From an uncultured Oligoflexia bacterium (lineage in GTDB: Bacteria; Bdellovibrionota; UBA1018; CAZJVD01): a DNA stretch of 64,000 bases. The notes under the pieces are model-generated. The model made no database searches. It was given only the letters and a program-made list of their open reading frames with translations, and was not told where the DNA came from. The translations under genes were made by a program, and so were the position numbers. Shown one piece after another: positions 20,006-28,685 of this stretch; the first letter of the stretch is position 1, and every line of letters starts with the position of its first letter. The stretch is from positions 108,719 to 172,718 of the forward strand of contig CAZJVD010000001.1 of assembly GCA_964549505.1 (NCBI GenBank). Direction: 5' to 3'.

Positions 20006-20359
20006 TCACGCCGAGATATCAATGGATCGAATCAAAATACCGGTTTCAATGGGTTGAAGATGGAGTTCAAACCAACCGTGCCCTTCCTCGAACTCAAAGC
20101 GATTCTCCATCGAGGCAGTCGTGTTGGTCCGCATACAATTGAGCATCGTCTTATAAAAGTCTGTTTGCTCCGTGCCAGGATAAACATCGTTCATTTGGCG
20201 TCCAACCAAGTCCTCGACCGTCTTATGTCCGTGTCGCGCGGCCGTCTTGTTAACATAGATATACTGACCCGTCGGACTGACGACCTGAATCCCTTCGAGC
20301 ATGTCATCGAAGATGGAGCGAAAGAATTCTTCGCGTTCGTAGAACGGCTTCTCGATCAA
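20006..20359 (-). CDS. Stand-alone PAS sensor domain protein
   Basis: 117 aa PAS-like fold pattern (FRSIFDDMLEGIQVVSPTGQYIYVNKTAARHGHK). Its 3' end overlaps the downstream hybrid kinase by 4 nt. Confidence 0.5.
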   Translation of the reverse strand: MIEKPFYEREEFFRSIFDDMLEGIQVVSPTGQYIYVNKTAARHGHKTVEDLVGRQMNDVYPGTEQTDFYKTMLNCMRTNTTASMENRFEFEEGHGWFELHLQPIETGILIRSIDISA

Positions 20360-21864
20360 ACTGCAATCCTCGCATCAATCGTACCGAGTACCTGATCGAG
20401 AACCGTCTTAGCGTCGAGCGGTTTCTCGAATGTCAGTCGCTCACCTGGACTCATCTGATCGATCTTCTGTAGAACGGCCGAAGTGAACAGACCGGAGATG
20501 AACGCGAGTGTTGGTGATCCATCTTGCTTTCGCACTAACTCCGCGAGTTCGAGGCCGCTGAGACCGGGCATACGAATATCAAAGATCACGGCATCAAAGC
20601 GCTCAACCAATAGACGCTCTTTTGCTTTCATGGGATCGCTTTCGACAATCGCCTCGTGACCACGTTCTCGGGCTTCGTCGGCAAAAATCTGCAAAATCTC
20701 CTCCTCGTCATCGACAACGAGGATCCGGTACGTCGCTTGCGTTCCACGTTTATGTTCCGTGGGAAGCCGAATCCGAAACTGTGTGTTTGGATGGTCATCT
20801 GCAAGCTGCAGCGATCCCCCATAGGACTCAACGATTCGGCTCGAGAGATGAAGCCCGATTCCCATCCCATGACTTTTTGTGGTGAAAGACTTTTTAAACA
20901 TTTTGTTTCGGGTTTCAGGATCCGTAACGACGCCACTGTCCGTGATCACAATCTCTATTTCCTTGGAGTCACGACTTATTTCGATACGAATCCAGCGCTG
21001 GTCGAGACTGCTGATCGCATCGCAGGCATTGCCGATTAAGTTCACGAGAACCTGCGAGAGTTCAATCGCGTTACAACAGAGCACGCCGACCTCTTTCTCC
21101 TGCAGTTCAATCGTCGAACCGGATTTGCCGATCCGATCGGCACAGAGAGAGATCGCTTCCTTAACCAAACTCAAGACGTTAACGTCTTCGTAGATCGGCA
21201 CATTCAGATTGCCGTGTCTTTTCTTGAGAGCGGATTTGATGTCCACAATTCGTGTGACCATCTTCGAGGCTGTTTCCGCGCATTCTCCAATCTTCACGAC
21301 GTCTACTTTCTCCGCTCGCAACAGACGATCAATCACCGCCATTTTCGCTTGAATAATAGTGAGGGGATTGTTGATTTCATGACTGACGGTACTGAGCATT
21401 TCTTCCATAGCAGCAAGTTTCAACATGGCACTTAACTCTCGCTGCTGTCGTAAGACCAACTTTTCATTACGACGCTGCTCGACAGCGTACCGAATCGAGC
21501 GATCGAGAAGATGAGGATTGATCTCATCTTTGACTAAGAAGTCAGAGGCACCGGCGTGCAAGGACTCGATGTCGGCTTTTGAGTCACCTCGTCCGGTCAG
21601 AACAATCGTTGCCGGTGGACACTGTTGCTGCTTCAAAAGTTTCAACAACTCGAGACCACGGTGCTGACCCAAATAATAGTCGATCAAGACCACGTCACAA
21701 CGAAGGGGTCCGGCTAGAATGCGTCGTTCGGCATCCTCATAAGTCTGGATCCACTCCGTCTCATACTGAGAGGAGTCACAGAGCTCAAGATACTCACGCG
21801 TGAGCATGAGATCGGACTCGGAGTCCTCAATAAGTAAAACATGAAAGTACGGCACACGACCCAT
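20356..21864 (-). CDS. Hybrid histidine kinase (REC - HisKA - HATPase_c - REC)
   Basis: N-terminal receiver (VLLIEDSESD...VVLIDYYLG). H-box VSHEINNPLTI. HATPase (DSGVVTDPE, GMGIGLHLSSRIVESYGGSL). C-terminal receiver (ILVVDDEEE...VIFDIRMPGLSG). Confidence 0.85.
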   Translation of the reverse strand: MGRVPYFHVLLIEDSESDLMLTREYLELCDSSQYETEWIQTYEDAERRILAGPLRCDVVLIDYYLGQHRGLELLKLLKQQQCPPATIVLTGRGDSKADIESLHAGASDFLVKDEINPHLLDRSIRYAVEQRRNEKLVLRQQRELSAMLKLAAMEEMLSTVSHEINNPLTIIQAKMAVIDRLLRAEKVDVVKIGECAETASKMVTRIVDIKSALKKRHGNLNVPIYEDVNVLSLVKEAISLCADRIGKSGSTIELQEKEVGVLCCNAIELSQVLVNLIGNACDAISSLDQRWIRIEISRDSKEIEIVITDSGVVTDPETRNKMFKKSFTTKSHGMGIGLHLSSRIVESYGGSLQLADDHPNTQFRIRLPTEHKRGTQATYRILVVDDEEEILQIFADEARERGHEAIVESDPMKAKERLLVERFDAVIFDIRMPGLSGLELAELVRKQDGSPTLAFISGLFTSAVLQKIDQMSPGERLTFEKPLDAKTVLDQVLGTIDARIAV

Positions 21865-21993
21865 TCCTAGGTCCCCCTGCGATAGTCTGGAGTCATACGT
21901 TCTCTATTTTTATTCAGTCTACGCGACTGAGATAGTCTCCTAAGAAAAGTTAACCATGAAACTCTACATCAGCGATGAGACAGTAACGTCATC

Positions 21994-22383
21994 ATGCGCA
22001 TTCTTTTCGTCGAAGACAATCAGGCGTTTGTTGAAACATTGGTCCCGCTCCTTCAGGAACGCGATTTTGACGTAGATGTCACAGCCAATATCACCGAGGC
22101 GATTCAGCTTTTCGACAGCCGACATTATGATCTCGTGATCTCGGATGTCCACTTGAGCGAAGACGAGGCGGGTGCGAGCGCGTCGGGCCTGGCACTTTTG
22201 CGCCATATCCGAAAAAAAAGAGACTCGAACGTTCTCATCGCGGTCACGACAGGACTCGAACTGATCGAAGAGAGTGATATTAAAAAGCGGGGCGCGGATC
22301 TGTTTTTCTACAAACCCTTACGAATGGGATTTGCCGAGTTTGCGGACTTAATGAAAGAGACCGTCGCATCCAGAGAGATCTGA
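21994..22383 (+). CDS. Single-domain response regulator (REC)
   Basis: ILFVEDNQAF...LVISDVHL...LIAVTT receiver pattern. 129 aa. Confidence 0.7.
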   Translation: MRILFVEDNQAFVETLVPLLQERDFDVDVTANITEAIQLFDSRHYDLVISDVHLSEDEAGASASGLALLRHIRKKRDSNVLIAVTTGLELIEESDIKKRGADLFFYKPLRMGFAEFADLMKETVASREI

Positions 22384-22392
22384 CGCGCGAGC

Positions 22393-22764
22393 TTAGACTT
22401 TCTTATCGAGAAGTTTTCCGCTCTTCTTACCGTTATTTTGAACGGTGTCACGAAGACGAACAAACTCTTCCCCGGACATATCGCGAATCTTGCGACCTTC
22501 GCGGTCAATCAAAGCGATCTTCAATCCAGGACGGGCTGCATTTTGTTCGACATGTAACCCCTGCGCAACAAAATCGGGATCTTTTGCGACCGAGTTGATT
22601 GCTTGATTGAGCTCTTCGTCGGTTACATGAAGCGTTTCAGGCGCGGCGTTCTCTTGTTTCGAACCGTCGTTCTTCTGCTGCTCGCGGCGATCACGCTCTT
22701 GCTGGTCAGCCGTATCAGATTTTTTGAAGACTTGATCGATTTCAAGTCGTGGAACGATCTTCAC
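22393..22764 (-). CDS. flaG: Flagellar protein FlaG-like
   Basis: C-terminal EELNQAINSV...GLHVEQNAARPGLKIALIDREGRKIRDMSGEEFVRL resembles the FlaG signature (...VVKVIDRETGEVIRQIP.EE.L.L). Lies downstream of the two flagellin genes, as flaG usually does. Confidence 0.5.
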   Translation of the reverse strand: MKIVPRLEIDQVFKKSDTADQQERDRREQQKNDGSKQENAAPETLHVTDEELNQAINSVAKDPDFVAQGLHVEQNAARPGLKIALIDREGRKIRDMSGEEFVRLRDTVQNNGKKSGKLLDKKV

Positions 22765-22840
22765 CGGTTACAAACGCCTCCTACTGTTCGTTTCGGATTA
22801 AGAGACGCAGAAACTTAGCGACAAAATCCTGACACTTTGG

Positions 22841-23041
22841 GGGGTACTCATTTGCGCTCGTGAGTGTTCACTGCATCCCTGCATTCTTAGACCTTGCCTC
22901 TTGTTCTCGAGAGCTTCTCTGCGCCACGGATGGCAGAAAGGCAGAGTAAGGACAGGATGTCCGTGCTCTTGAGAACAAGAGACAAGGTCTAAGAATGCAG
23001 GGATGGAGAAGAGAATGAGGAAGCGCAAATAAGTACCCCCG
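22841..23041. repeat. Long imperfect inverted repeat (arms of about 75 nt, about 48 nt loop). Candidate MITE, structured sRNA or 3' UTR element
   Basis: Left arm GGGGTACTCATTTGCGCT...CATCCCTGCATTCTTAGACCTTGCCTCTTGTTCTCGAGAGC. The reverse complement of the right arm is GGGGGTACTTATTTGCGCT...CATCCCTGCATTCTTAGACCTTGTCTCTTGTTCTCAAGAGC. The arms differ in an internal 16-nt bubble and two transitions. Confidence 0.6.
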
Positions 23042-23100
23042 GGAATCTCGGCATTCCCGGGGGTCGGCTTAAGGCACCCCATCGCGAGATGGGGTTAGGC
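23042..23100 (-). terminator. Tandem GC-rich hairpins downstream of flagellin gene 1 (intrinsic-terminator-like)
   Basis: CCCGGGAAT-CTCGGC-ATTCCCGGG and CCCCATC-GCGA-GATGGGG hairpins immediately 3' of the flagellin stop at 23127 on the minus strand. Confidence 0.45.
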
Positions 23101-23126
23101 GCAACTTTATAAAATCGAAGTCCGAA

Positions 23127-23960
23127 CTACAGAAGCGACAGCGCTTGCTTGGGAGCCGAGTTGGCTTGACCCAAGATAGCGATGCTAGCGGACTGGAGAA
23201 TATTGCTCTTCACCAGATTCGCTGTTTCCTCCGCAAGATCTGCATCCGCGATACGCGAACGAGCGTGCGAGAGGTTCTCAGTCGCCGTCGAAATATTTTT
23301 TGTCGTTGAGACAAGACGATTCTGCATCGCTCCTAGGCGAGCGCGAGCTGCGTTGACAACGTCCATCGCTGCATCCAGCTTGCCTAGCGAATCGCGAGCG
23401 TCGTCAACAGATAGCGTGCCCAACGCATCGACACCTAAGGCGCCAGTGCGGACATCGTTTTCTGCAGCGTCGAACACGATACGATCTGCTTCTGTCGCCT
23501 GAGTGCCGACTTGAAACTCAAGTTGGCCCTTCACAGCTTCAGCATTGAGCAGAGGCGTGCCGTTGAAGTTCGTGACGTTCGAGATACGATCGATCTCTTG
23601 AACGAGACTCTGAAACTCGGCATTAAGAAAACTGCGCTCTTTGTCTCCGACTGTATCCGAAGCACCTTGAATCGATAGCTCACGCAGGCGAATCAAAATG
23701 TTCGAGATCTCCGTCATTCCGCCTTCAGCAACCTGAACGAACGAAATACCATCGTTCGCGTTCCGCTCAGCCTGCTTGAGGGATCGGATTTGAGCTCGCA
23801 TGTTTTCGGAAATTGAAAGGCCAGCAGCATCGTCTGCAGCGGATGTGATCCGGTCGCCGGATGACAGCCGAGAGTAATGCTTTTGCTGATCTTCAGCATT
23901 GTGCTTGAGAACTTTTTGCGCCGATTCGGACGCAACGTTCGTCGCTATTCTTAAGCCCAT
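23127..23960 (-). CDS. Flagellin (short type, about 277 aa)
   Basis: Conserved N-terminal MGLRIATNVASESAQKVLKHNAEDQQKHYSRLSSGDRITSAADDAAGLSISENMRAQIRSLKQAERNANDGISFVQVAEGG. Conserved C-terminal ...LAEETANLVKSNILQSASIAILGQANSAPKQALSLL. Confidence 0.9.
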   Translation of the reverse strand: MGLRIATNVASESAQKVLKHNAEDQQKHYSRLSSGDRITSAADDAAGLSISENMRAQIRSLKQAERNANDGISFVQVAEGGMTEISNILIRLRELSIQGASDTVGDKERSFLNAEFQSLVQEIDRISNVTNFNGTPLLNAEAVKGQLEFQVGTQATEADRIVFDAAENDVRTGALGVDALGTLSVDDARDSLGKLDAAMDVVNAARARLGAMQNRLVSTTKNISTATENLSHARSRIADADLAEETANLVKSNILQSASIAILGQANSAPKQALSLL

Positions 23961-24139
23961 GGTGGGAATCCTCCGTTATTGGGTTAAGCCAAGGCCCCAC
24001 ACAAGACCGACCTTCTCAGTCTTGTTTTCATGGACCTGGTTAAATTGTCTATCGCCTTAGATCTTAATGGCTTGGCAACCAGTTCAGATCTTTAGCGACA
24101 CCCATCTTGTCGGAGGAACGTGCTAATACTTTAGTTTTT

Positions 24140-24180
24140 TAATAAGGAATTATGGGGGCGCCGGAGCACCCCCATAATGC
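24140..24180 (-). terminator. Rho-independent terminator of flagellin gene 2
   Basis: On the minus strand: TTATGGGGG-TGCTCCGGCG-CCCCCATAA perfect 9-bp stem, followed by ATTCCTTATTAAAAAACTA. Confidence 0.55.
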
Positions 24181-24197
24181 CGTTTCAAAACGGTAGT

Positions 24198-25031
24198 TTA
24201 GCCCAGAAGACTGAGGGCCAGTTTCGAATTGTGATTTGCCTGGCCGAGGACCGCAACGGACGAACTCGAAAGGATATTATCCTTCGTCAGCGCCGTAGCG
24301 ACTTCTGCGACGTCAGCATCCGCAATTCGGCTTTTCGCAGCTGACAAGTTTTCATCGTAAACTTGCAAGTTGCGAATCGTAGCGTCCAAACGATTTTGGT
24401 ACGCGCCGAGCTCGGAACGACTTTGCGAAAGCATCTTGATCGATTCATCAAGCTTGTTTAGATTTTCTTGTGACGCTTCTTTCGTCGCAACCGACAGGTC
24501 ACGAATTCCAAGCGTTTCCAAGTTTGACGACATCTTAGCCAAATCGATCGCGATTCGATCCTCAGTAGGAACGTTTCGAACACCGACTTGAACTTCGACT
24601 TGTTCTTGATTGCCAACCAGCAGCTTTTTCCCGTTAAATTCGGTCGAAACTGCAATGCGTTCGATTTCTTCACGAAGCTGGAAAACTTCCTTATCGATGA
24701 AGGAGCGCTCGCGGTCACCAATCGTATCGCTGGCGCCTTGGATCGAAAGCTCTCTCATCCGAATCAGAATGTTTCCGATTTCGCTCATTCCACCTTCAGC
24801 AGTCTGAATCAACGAAACGCCATCACCCGCGTTGCGCGCAGCTTGGCGCATCGAACGGATATCGGCATTCATGTTGGTTGAAATCGCCAAACCTGCCGCG
24901 TCGTCAGCGGATCGTACGATCCGGCTGCCGCTCGACAGTTTTTCCTGGCTCTTCTGAACGTTTTGAAAGTTCAAACCCGTGGCGCGTTGAGCGGCCATGG
25001 CTTGAACGTTCGTATTAATACGTAGTCCCAT
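24198..25031 (-). CDS. Flagellin (second paralogue, about 278 aa)
   Basis: MGLRINTNVQAMAAQRATGLNFQNVQKSQEKLSSGSRIVRSADDAAGLAIS... N-terminal D0/D1 and C-terminal ...ALTKDNILSSSSVAVLGQANHNSKLALSLLG. ATG at 25031 with a GGAG RBS. The ORF track adds 4 codons upstream. Confidence 0.9.
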   Translation of the reverse strand: MGLRINTNVQAMAAQRATGLNFQNVQKSQEKLSSGSRIVRSADDAAGLAISTNMNADIRSMRQAARNAGDGVSLIQTAEGGMSEIGNILIRMRELSIQGASDTIGDRERSFIDKEVFQLREEIERIAVSTEFNGKKLLVGNQEQVEVQVGVRNVPTEDRIAIDLAKMSSNLETLGIRDLSVATKEASQENLNKLDESIKMLSQSRSELGAYQNRLDATIRNLQVYDENLSAAKSRIADADVAEVATALTKDNILSSSSVAVLGQANHNSKLALSLLG

Positions 25032-25043
25032 ACCACACTCCAA

Positions 25044-25246
25044 ATAGGGCTTTCTGGGCGTGTGTGTACCTACACCACTCCCAAAGAGGTCCCTGGTTTC
25101 AAATTTTGCGGGCTATTGCTGTACCCCGCGAACCACAGACGATCTGCGATCTACTGACTATTTCGGTACAGTATTATTTTTACTTTAGATCAAAATAGTA
25201 TAGTATTTTTAGTTCCTTGAGTCATTAGATGTAAATCAATATAACT
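25044..25246. promoter_or_regulatory. AT-rich intergenic region upstream of flagellin gene 2 (probable promoter/leader)
   Basis: Strongly AT-rich stretch (ttttactttagatcaaaatagtatagtatttttag...) compared with the flanking coding DNA. I could not identify a clean sigma-28 consensus by eye. Confidence 0.3.
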
Positions 25247-26218
25247 TCATGGTTTTATTTTATTTTTAAGGTATAGAATAGCATCCTTTGGATTTTTTTT
25301 ACCCAATGCAATGCTCTTTATAAGACTAACTCCATCTTCCGAATCCAGAAGATGTTCTGCTTTTGTTCCGTATTTTTCAGTCAGGAATTCCACCACCTGC
25401 GACCGAATGAATGCCCGGTCCTTCCGCTCTCGCCCCCCACTCTTCTCAAGGTAACTCCAATGGTCAAGACAGGCCTTCACGACAGCTTCAACACCCTGAT
25501 CGCTCAACGCCTGCGTTCGCAACACGGGCGGAAGGAATCTGAGCTTTGAGTCTAGTTTCTCCAGGCCCACCATCTGCGCCACCTCGCTGGCAAGCTTGTC
25601 AGCCTCAGGACGATCAGACTTGTTGATCACGAAAACATCCGCAATCTCCATGAGCCCAGCCTTCATCACCTGAATGGAATCGCCACTCTCAGGCACCAGC
25701 ACGACCAAGACCGTGTGCGCGCAGTCGTGCACGTCGAGCTCGGTCTGACCGACTCCGGCTGTCTCAACAATAATCTTTCCAAAACCAGCAGAACCCAAGA
25801 CCCACAGAATCTCTTTCACGGCTCCCGACAAACCACCACGTTTGCCACGCGTTCCGAGCGAACGAATGAAAACCTTAGCGTCGCCTGCATGCGCTTGCAT
25901 GCGTATCCGGTCACCCAGAACAGCGCCCCCGGAAAACGGACTCGACGGATCCACAGCAAGAACTGCTACGCGCTCTCCTTGTTTCCGAAAACGTTCGATT
26001 AAACGATCCACCAAGGTCGACTTGCCCGCGCCGGGCGGACCTGTCACGCCGATGATCTGAGGCGTGCCGCGATCGCGAAAAATCTCGGGCAGAAGATCCA
26101 GAATATCGTCACTGCGGTTTTCCACGCGTGTGATGAGCCGCGCGAGCGCCAAGCGATCCCCACGTCGCACTTTGGAGATCATCGATTGGGAAGAAGATTT
26201 CGCCGGCATGAAGTTCAT
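25247..26218 (-). CDS. meaB: Methylmalonyl-CoA mutase-associated GTPase MeaB/ArgK (G3E family)
   Basis: GVTGPPGAGKSTLVDRL P-loop. Downstream segments include ETAGVGQTE and DVFVINKSDR. About 320 aa. Confidence 0.8.
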   Translation of the reverse strand: MNFMPAKSSSQSMISKVRRGDRLALARLITRVENRSDDILDLLPEIFRDRGTPQIIGVTGPPGAGKSTLVDRLIERFRKQGERVAVLAVDPSSPFSGGAVLGDRIRMQAHAGDAKVFIRSLGTRGKRGGLSGAVKEILWVLGSAGFGKIIVETAGVGQTELDVHDCAHTVLVVLVPESGDSIQVMKAGLMEIADVFVINKSDRPEADKLASEVAQMVGLEKLDSKLRFLPPVLRTQALSDQGVEAVVKACLDHWSYLEKSGGRERKDRAFIRSQVVEFLTEKYGTKAEHLLDSEDGVSLIKSIALGKKNPKDAILYLKNKIKP

Positions 26219-26299
26219 TTATCATACGATTCGAAATCACTGCTGGGCAAGTCCTGCCCATTGCACGCAAGACCTCGCAGACGGAACCTTGAAGGTACG

Positions 26300-27031
26300 A
26301 TGTTCTGGACTTGTCCACATTGTAGAAATCCCAACCTTCTCCAGACCGGTGAATGGCCGGAAACCGGGTGGCGCCTCTCCCGCTGTAGCAGCTGCGACGG
26401 TTACGCCCTTCTCCGGAAAGGACAAGGATTCGAGCTCGAACCAAAGTTTACCGCTGAACAGATCGTTGCCGAGCCGAAACTACGCGTGACACCAAAGAAA
26501 ATGCGAAAGACCTCCCAAGAACAAACTGGGAGAGCGAGTAGAGCGCGTCCGTTCATGGTCGTCGCCAGCATCCTTGTCGTCGCCCTCGTCGTGTTTTGGA
26601 ATCCCGAACCGAGCACCCCTCTGCGACCAGCTCCACCGATACTCGAGACGTTACAGAAGTTTCCGCCCGAATATCACGAACAGATTCTCGGCCACTTTTT
26701 TCCCAAAGCGGTCGCACGGTCCAGCTCGTCTTCGGAAACAAAGCCCGAACCCGACGCGCAGTCCACACACTACGTTGTCCGACCGGTTCGACCCGCAGTG
26801 AATCTGCGCGCGGGACCTGGTGCTAACTACAAGATTATCGGCAAAGCCGAGCTAACGGACACGTTTGAAGTGGAGACGTTTGCGAACGACTGGATTCAGA
26901 TCCGACCGCTCGGCGCGCATGTGCTTAACGACGGAATCACGAGAGGGCCAGAAAACTCGCCCTGGGTTCGAAGCGATCTTGTCGTCGAAGAAAAAGAGTC
27001 CCGCTTTGCCCCGGTCATTTCCGGGCAGTGA
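26300..27031 (+). CDS. Membrane-anchored protein with N-terminal zinc-ribbon (CxxC...CxxC), one TM helix and a C-terminal bacterial SH3 (SH3b) domain
   Basis: CPHCRNPN...CSSCDGYA. FMVVASILVVALVVF. C-terminal YVVRPVRPAVNLRAGPGANYKIIGKAELTDTFEVETFANDWIQIRP SH3_3-like. ATG at 26300 with a GAAGG RBS. The longer track ORF would overlap meaB. Confidence 0.5.
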   Translation: MFWTCPHCRNPNLLQTGEWPETGWRLSRCSSCDGYALLRKGQGFELEPKFTAEQIVAEPKLRVTPKKMRKTSQEQTGRASRARPFMVVASILVVALVVFWNPEPSTPLRPAPPILETLQKFPPEYHEQILGHFFPKAVARSSSSSETKPEPDAQSTHYVVRPVRPAVNLRAGPGANYKIIGKAELTDTFEVETFANDWIQIRPLGAHVLNDGITRGPENSPWVRSDLVVEEKESRFAPVISGQ

Positions 27032-27962
27032 TCTGATCCGGAACCTCGAACGAGATCACAGTCTTGATACCCTCTTCAAAGCCCTTCCAATAGTCCGCTG
27101 CACGTTTAGGATCCGCCGTAGGGAGCTCGAGCGTGATGGTCGGTATCCCGCGCTCCTGTCCTGCGTAGTTACCTAAAGAACCTGGGAAAAACCCACCCGA
27201 AACTGCTTTGAGACTGGACCGGAGCTCCAGACACTTGCTCACGTAGTCCATAGGAAACTTCGACAACGTGAGACCGTTCGGTCCGTCATAATCATAGAAG
27301 TTCAATGGTGCGTGCAACGAGAGAATCTTTGTCGGCTTGTACTCGTCTATCAAGCGGACCTGAAAGTCAGTTTCCGGCTCAGAGTTCGCTTTCCATCCGG
27401 GAAACCTCCGGACATTGGAACCAAACTTACGCTGCCAGTTGTGCAACGCTTTCGCGTTCCAGTCTTTTGTAGGCAGATTGCGATTGACGTCAACTCCGTT
27501 TGCGTTGCTGCGCGTGCGTGGAACAGCAAAAAACGAATCCGGGTTTACCAACGGGGCGATCACGATGCGTCGATCACCAATCGCCGCCGGATTTTCTTGC
27601 GCCCATTCGATCAAACGCATGATCACGTAGACGGGCGTGATCTCATCGCCGTGAACCGAGGAGAGCACAAGGGTGACGTTCGTCGAGTCAGCTGGTCCGA
27701 ACTCGGCAACCACCAGCGGAGCCTTCTTTACTGAGGCGCCTTTGACTTTGAGCTGATGCATGGGACAAGGTTTTAGATTCCAAGAAAACTTCTGAGACAC
27801 GCGATCGAGTTCGCGACAGAGCGTATCCAGATCGGGAACGCTGGGACCCCCGGACGCACCTTTGATGACCGGGTTTCTGGTCGGCGCAGTCGGTGTGAGA
27901 CGGCCGGGTTGCGGGTTTGCCCATACGACGGCCGTTAATGCCGTCAAAACGAACCAGTTCAA
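27015..27962 (-). CDS. Secreted zinc carboxypeptidase-like protein (M14 / succinylglutamate desuccinylase-aspartoacylase superfamily)
   Basis: Signal peptide MNWFVLTALTAVVWA. SSVHGDEITP (HxxE zinc site) and a later ...SLHAP... segment in the order expected for M14-type enzymes. Confidence 0.55.
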   Translation of the reverse strand: MNWFVLTALTAVVWANPQPGRLTPTAPTRNPVIKGASGGPSVPDLDTLCRELDRVSQKFSWNLKPCPMHQLKVKGASVKKAPLVVAEFGPADSTNVTLVLSSVHGDEITPVYVIMRLIEWAQENPAAIGDRRIVIAPLVNPDSFFAVPRTRSNANGVDVNRNLPTKDWNAKALHNWQRKFGSNVRRFPGWKANSEPETDFQVRLIDEYKPTKILSLHAPLNFYDYDGPNGLTLSKFPMDYVSKCLELRSSLKAVSGGFFPGSLGNYAGQERGIPTITLELPTADPKRAADYWKGFEEGIKTVISFEVPDQITARK

Positions 27963-27964
27963 GC

Positions 27965-28633
27965 TTAAATTGCCTCCGTTATCTCTATTTCACGGTTTTT
28001 TTGGCTTTTTTTTTCTGCCGCGACTCTAGCGGAAGACCGCCACCACATTCTTCCCAGGCCTATGGATACAATTATCAAAATCCCAATGAGAATTCCATGT
28101 TCAACATGCTTGATGATTGAAACGACTTCGTCAATTTCATGACCAAAGAAATACACAGAAAAAACAATCACTGGAACACTAATCAGGGCCGCCAAACCGT
28201 CAAAAAACAGAAAAACACGGTACGGTACATGAAGAGTCCCACAGCTGAAAAAGATCGGGGCGCGCAGACCGGGCATGAAGCGCGCTGCAAAGATCAAACG
28301 ATTGCCCTGCTTTCGAACACGCGTCTCGATCCCCGCAAGTCGCTCGGGATGTAGGAGACGCGCAAAAAAACGACTGCGTTTCAGTAACCCACGCCCGTAT
28401 TTATGGCCCAAAAAGAAAATCAACGTATCGCCTGCAATCACTCCAAAAAGACAAACGAGCGTAACGGCGGTGGGATCCGTCGTACCTAAGTAGCTAACGT
28501 AGCCGCCAAGAATGAGTGTGATATCTTCGGGAATCGGCGCTCCAAGACCACAGATCAAAAGAACAACAAGGAGTAGCAAGTACACTGTCGGCCCCGAAAG
28601 GCTGGCGAAAAGCTGAATCAGTGCATCGAGCAT
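27965..28633 (-). CDS. DedA/SNARE-associated family membrane protein
   Basis: Polytopic. LGGYVSYLG...AGDTLIFFLGHKYG...FARFMPGLRAPIFFSCG pattern of DedA proteins. Confidence 0.75.
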   Translation of the reverse strand: MLDALIQLFASLSGPTVYLLLLVVLLICGLGAPIPEDITLILGGYVSYLGTTDPTAVTLVCLFGVIAGDTLIFFLGHKYGRGLLKRSRFFARLLHPERLAGIETRVRKQGNRLIFAARFMPGLRAPIFFSCGTLHVPYRVFLFFDGLAALISVPVIVFSVYFFGHEIDEVVSIIKHVEHGILIGILIIVSIGLGRMWWRSSARVAAEKKSQKNREIEITEAI

Positions 28634-28685
28634 TAGGGCGTATCCTCACTTGTCCTGAAATTTCTATAGAAAAGACAGGTTCTAC

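Noticed and set aside
22798-23082. 94-aa ORF downstream of the flagellin
   Set aside because: It is created by the long inverted repeat and terminator hairpins. Its translation is low-complexity, and each of its arms mirrors the other.
23961-24197. Sigma-28 promoter (TAAA-N15-GCCGATAA) upstream of flagellin gene 1
   Set aside because: I found a GGCGATAG-like element but no correctly spaced -35 by eye. The evidence is too weak to annotate without a PSSM scan.
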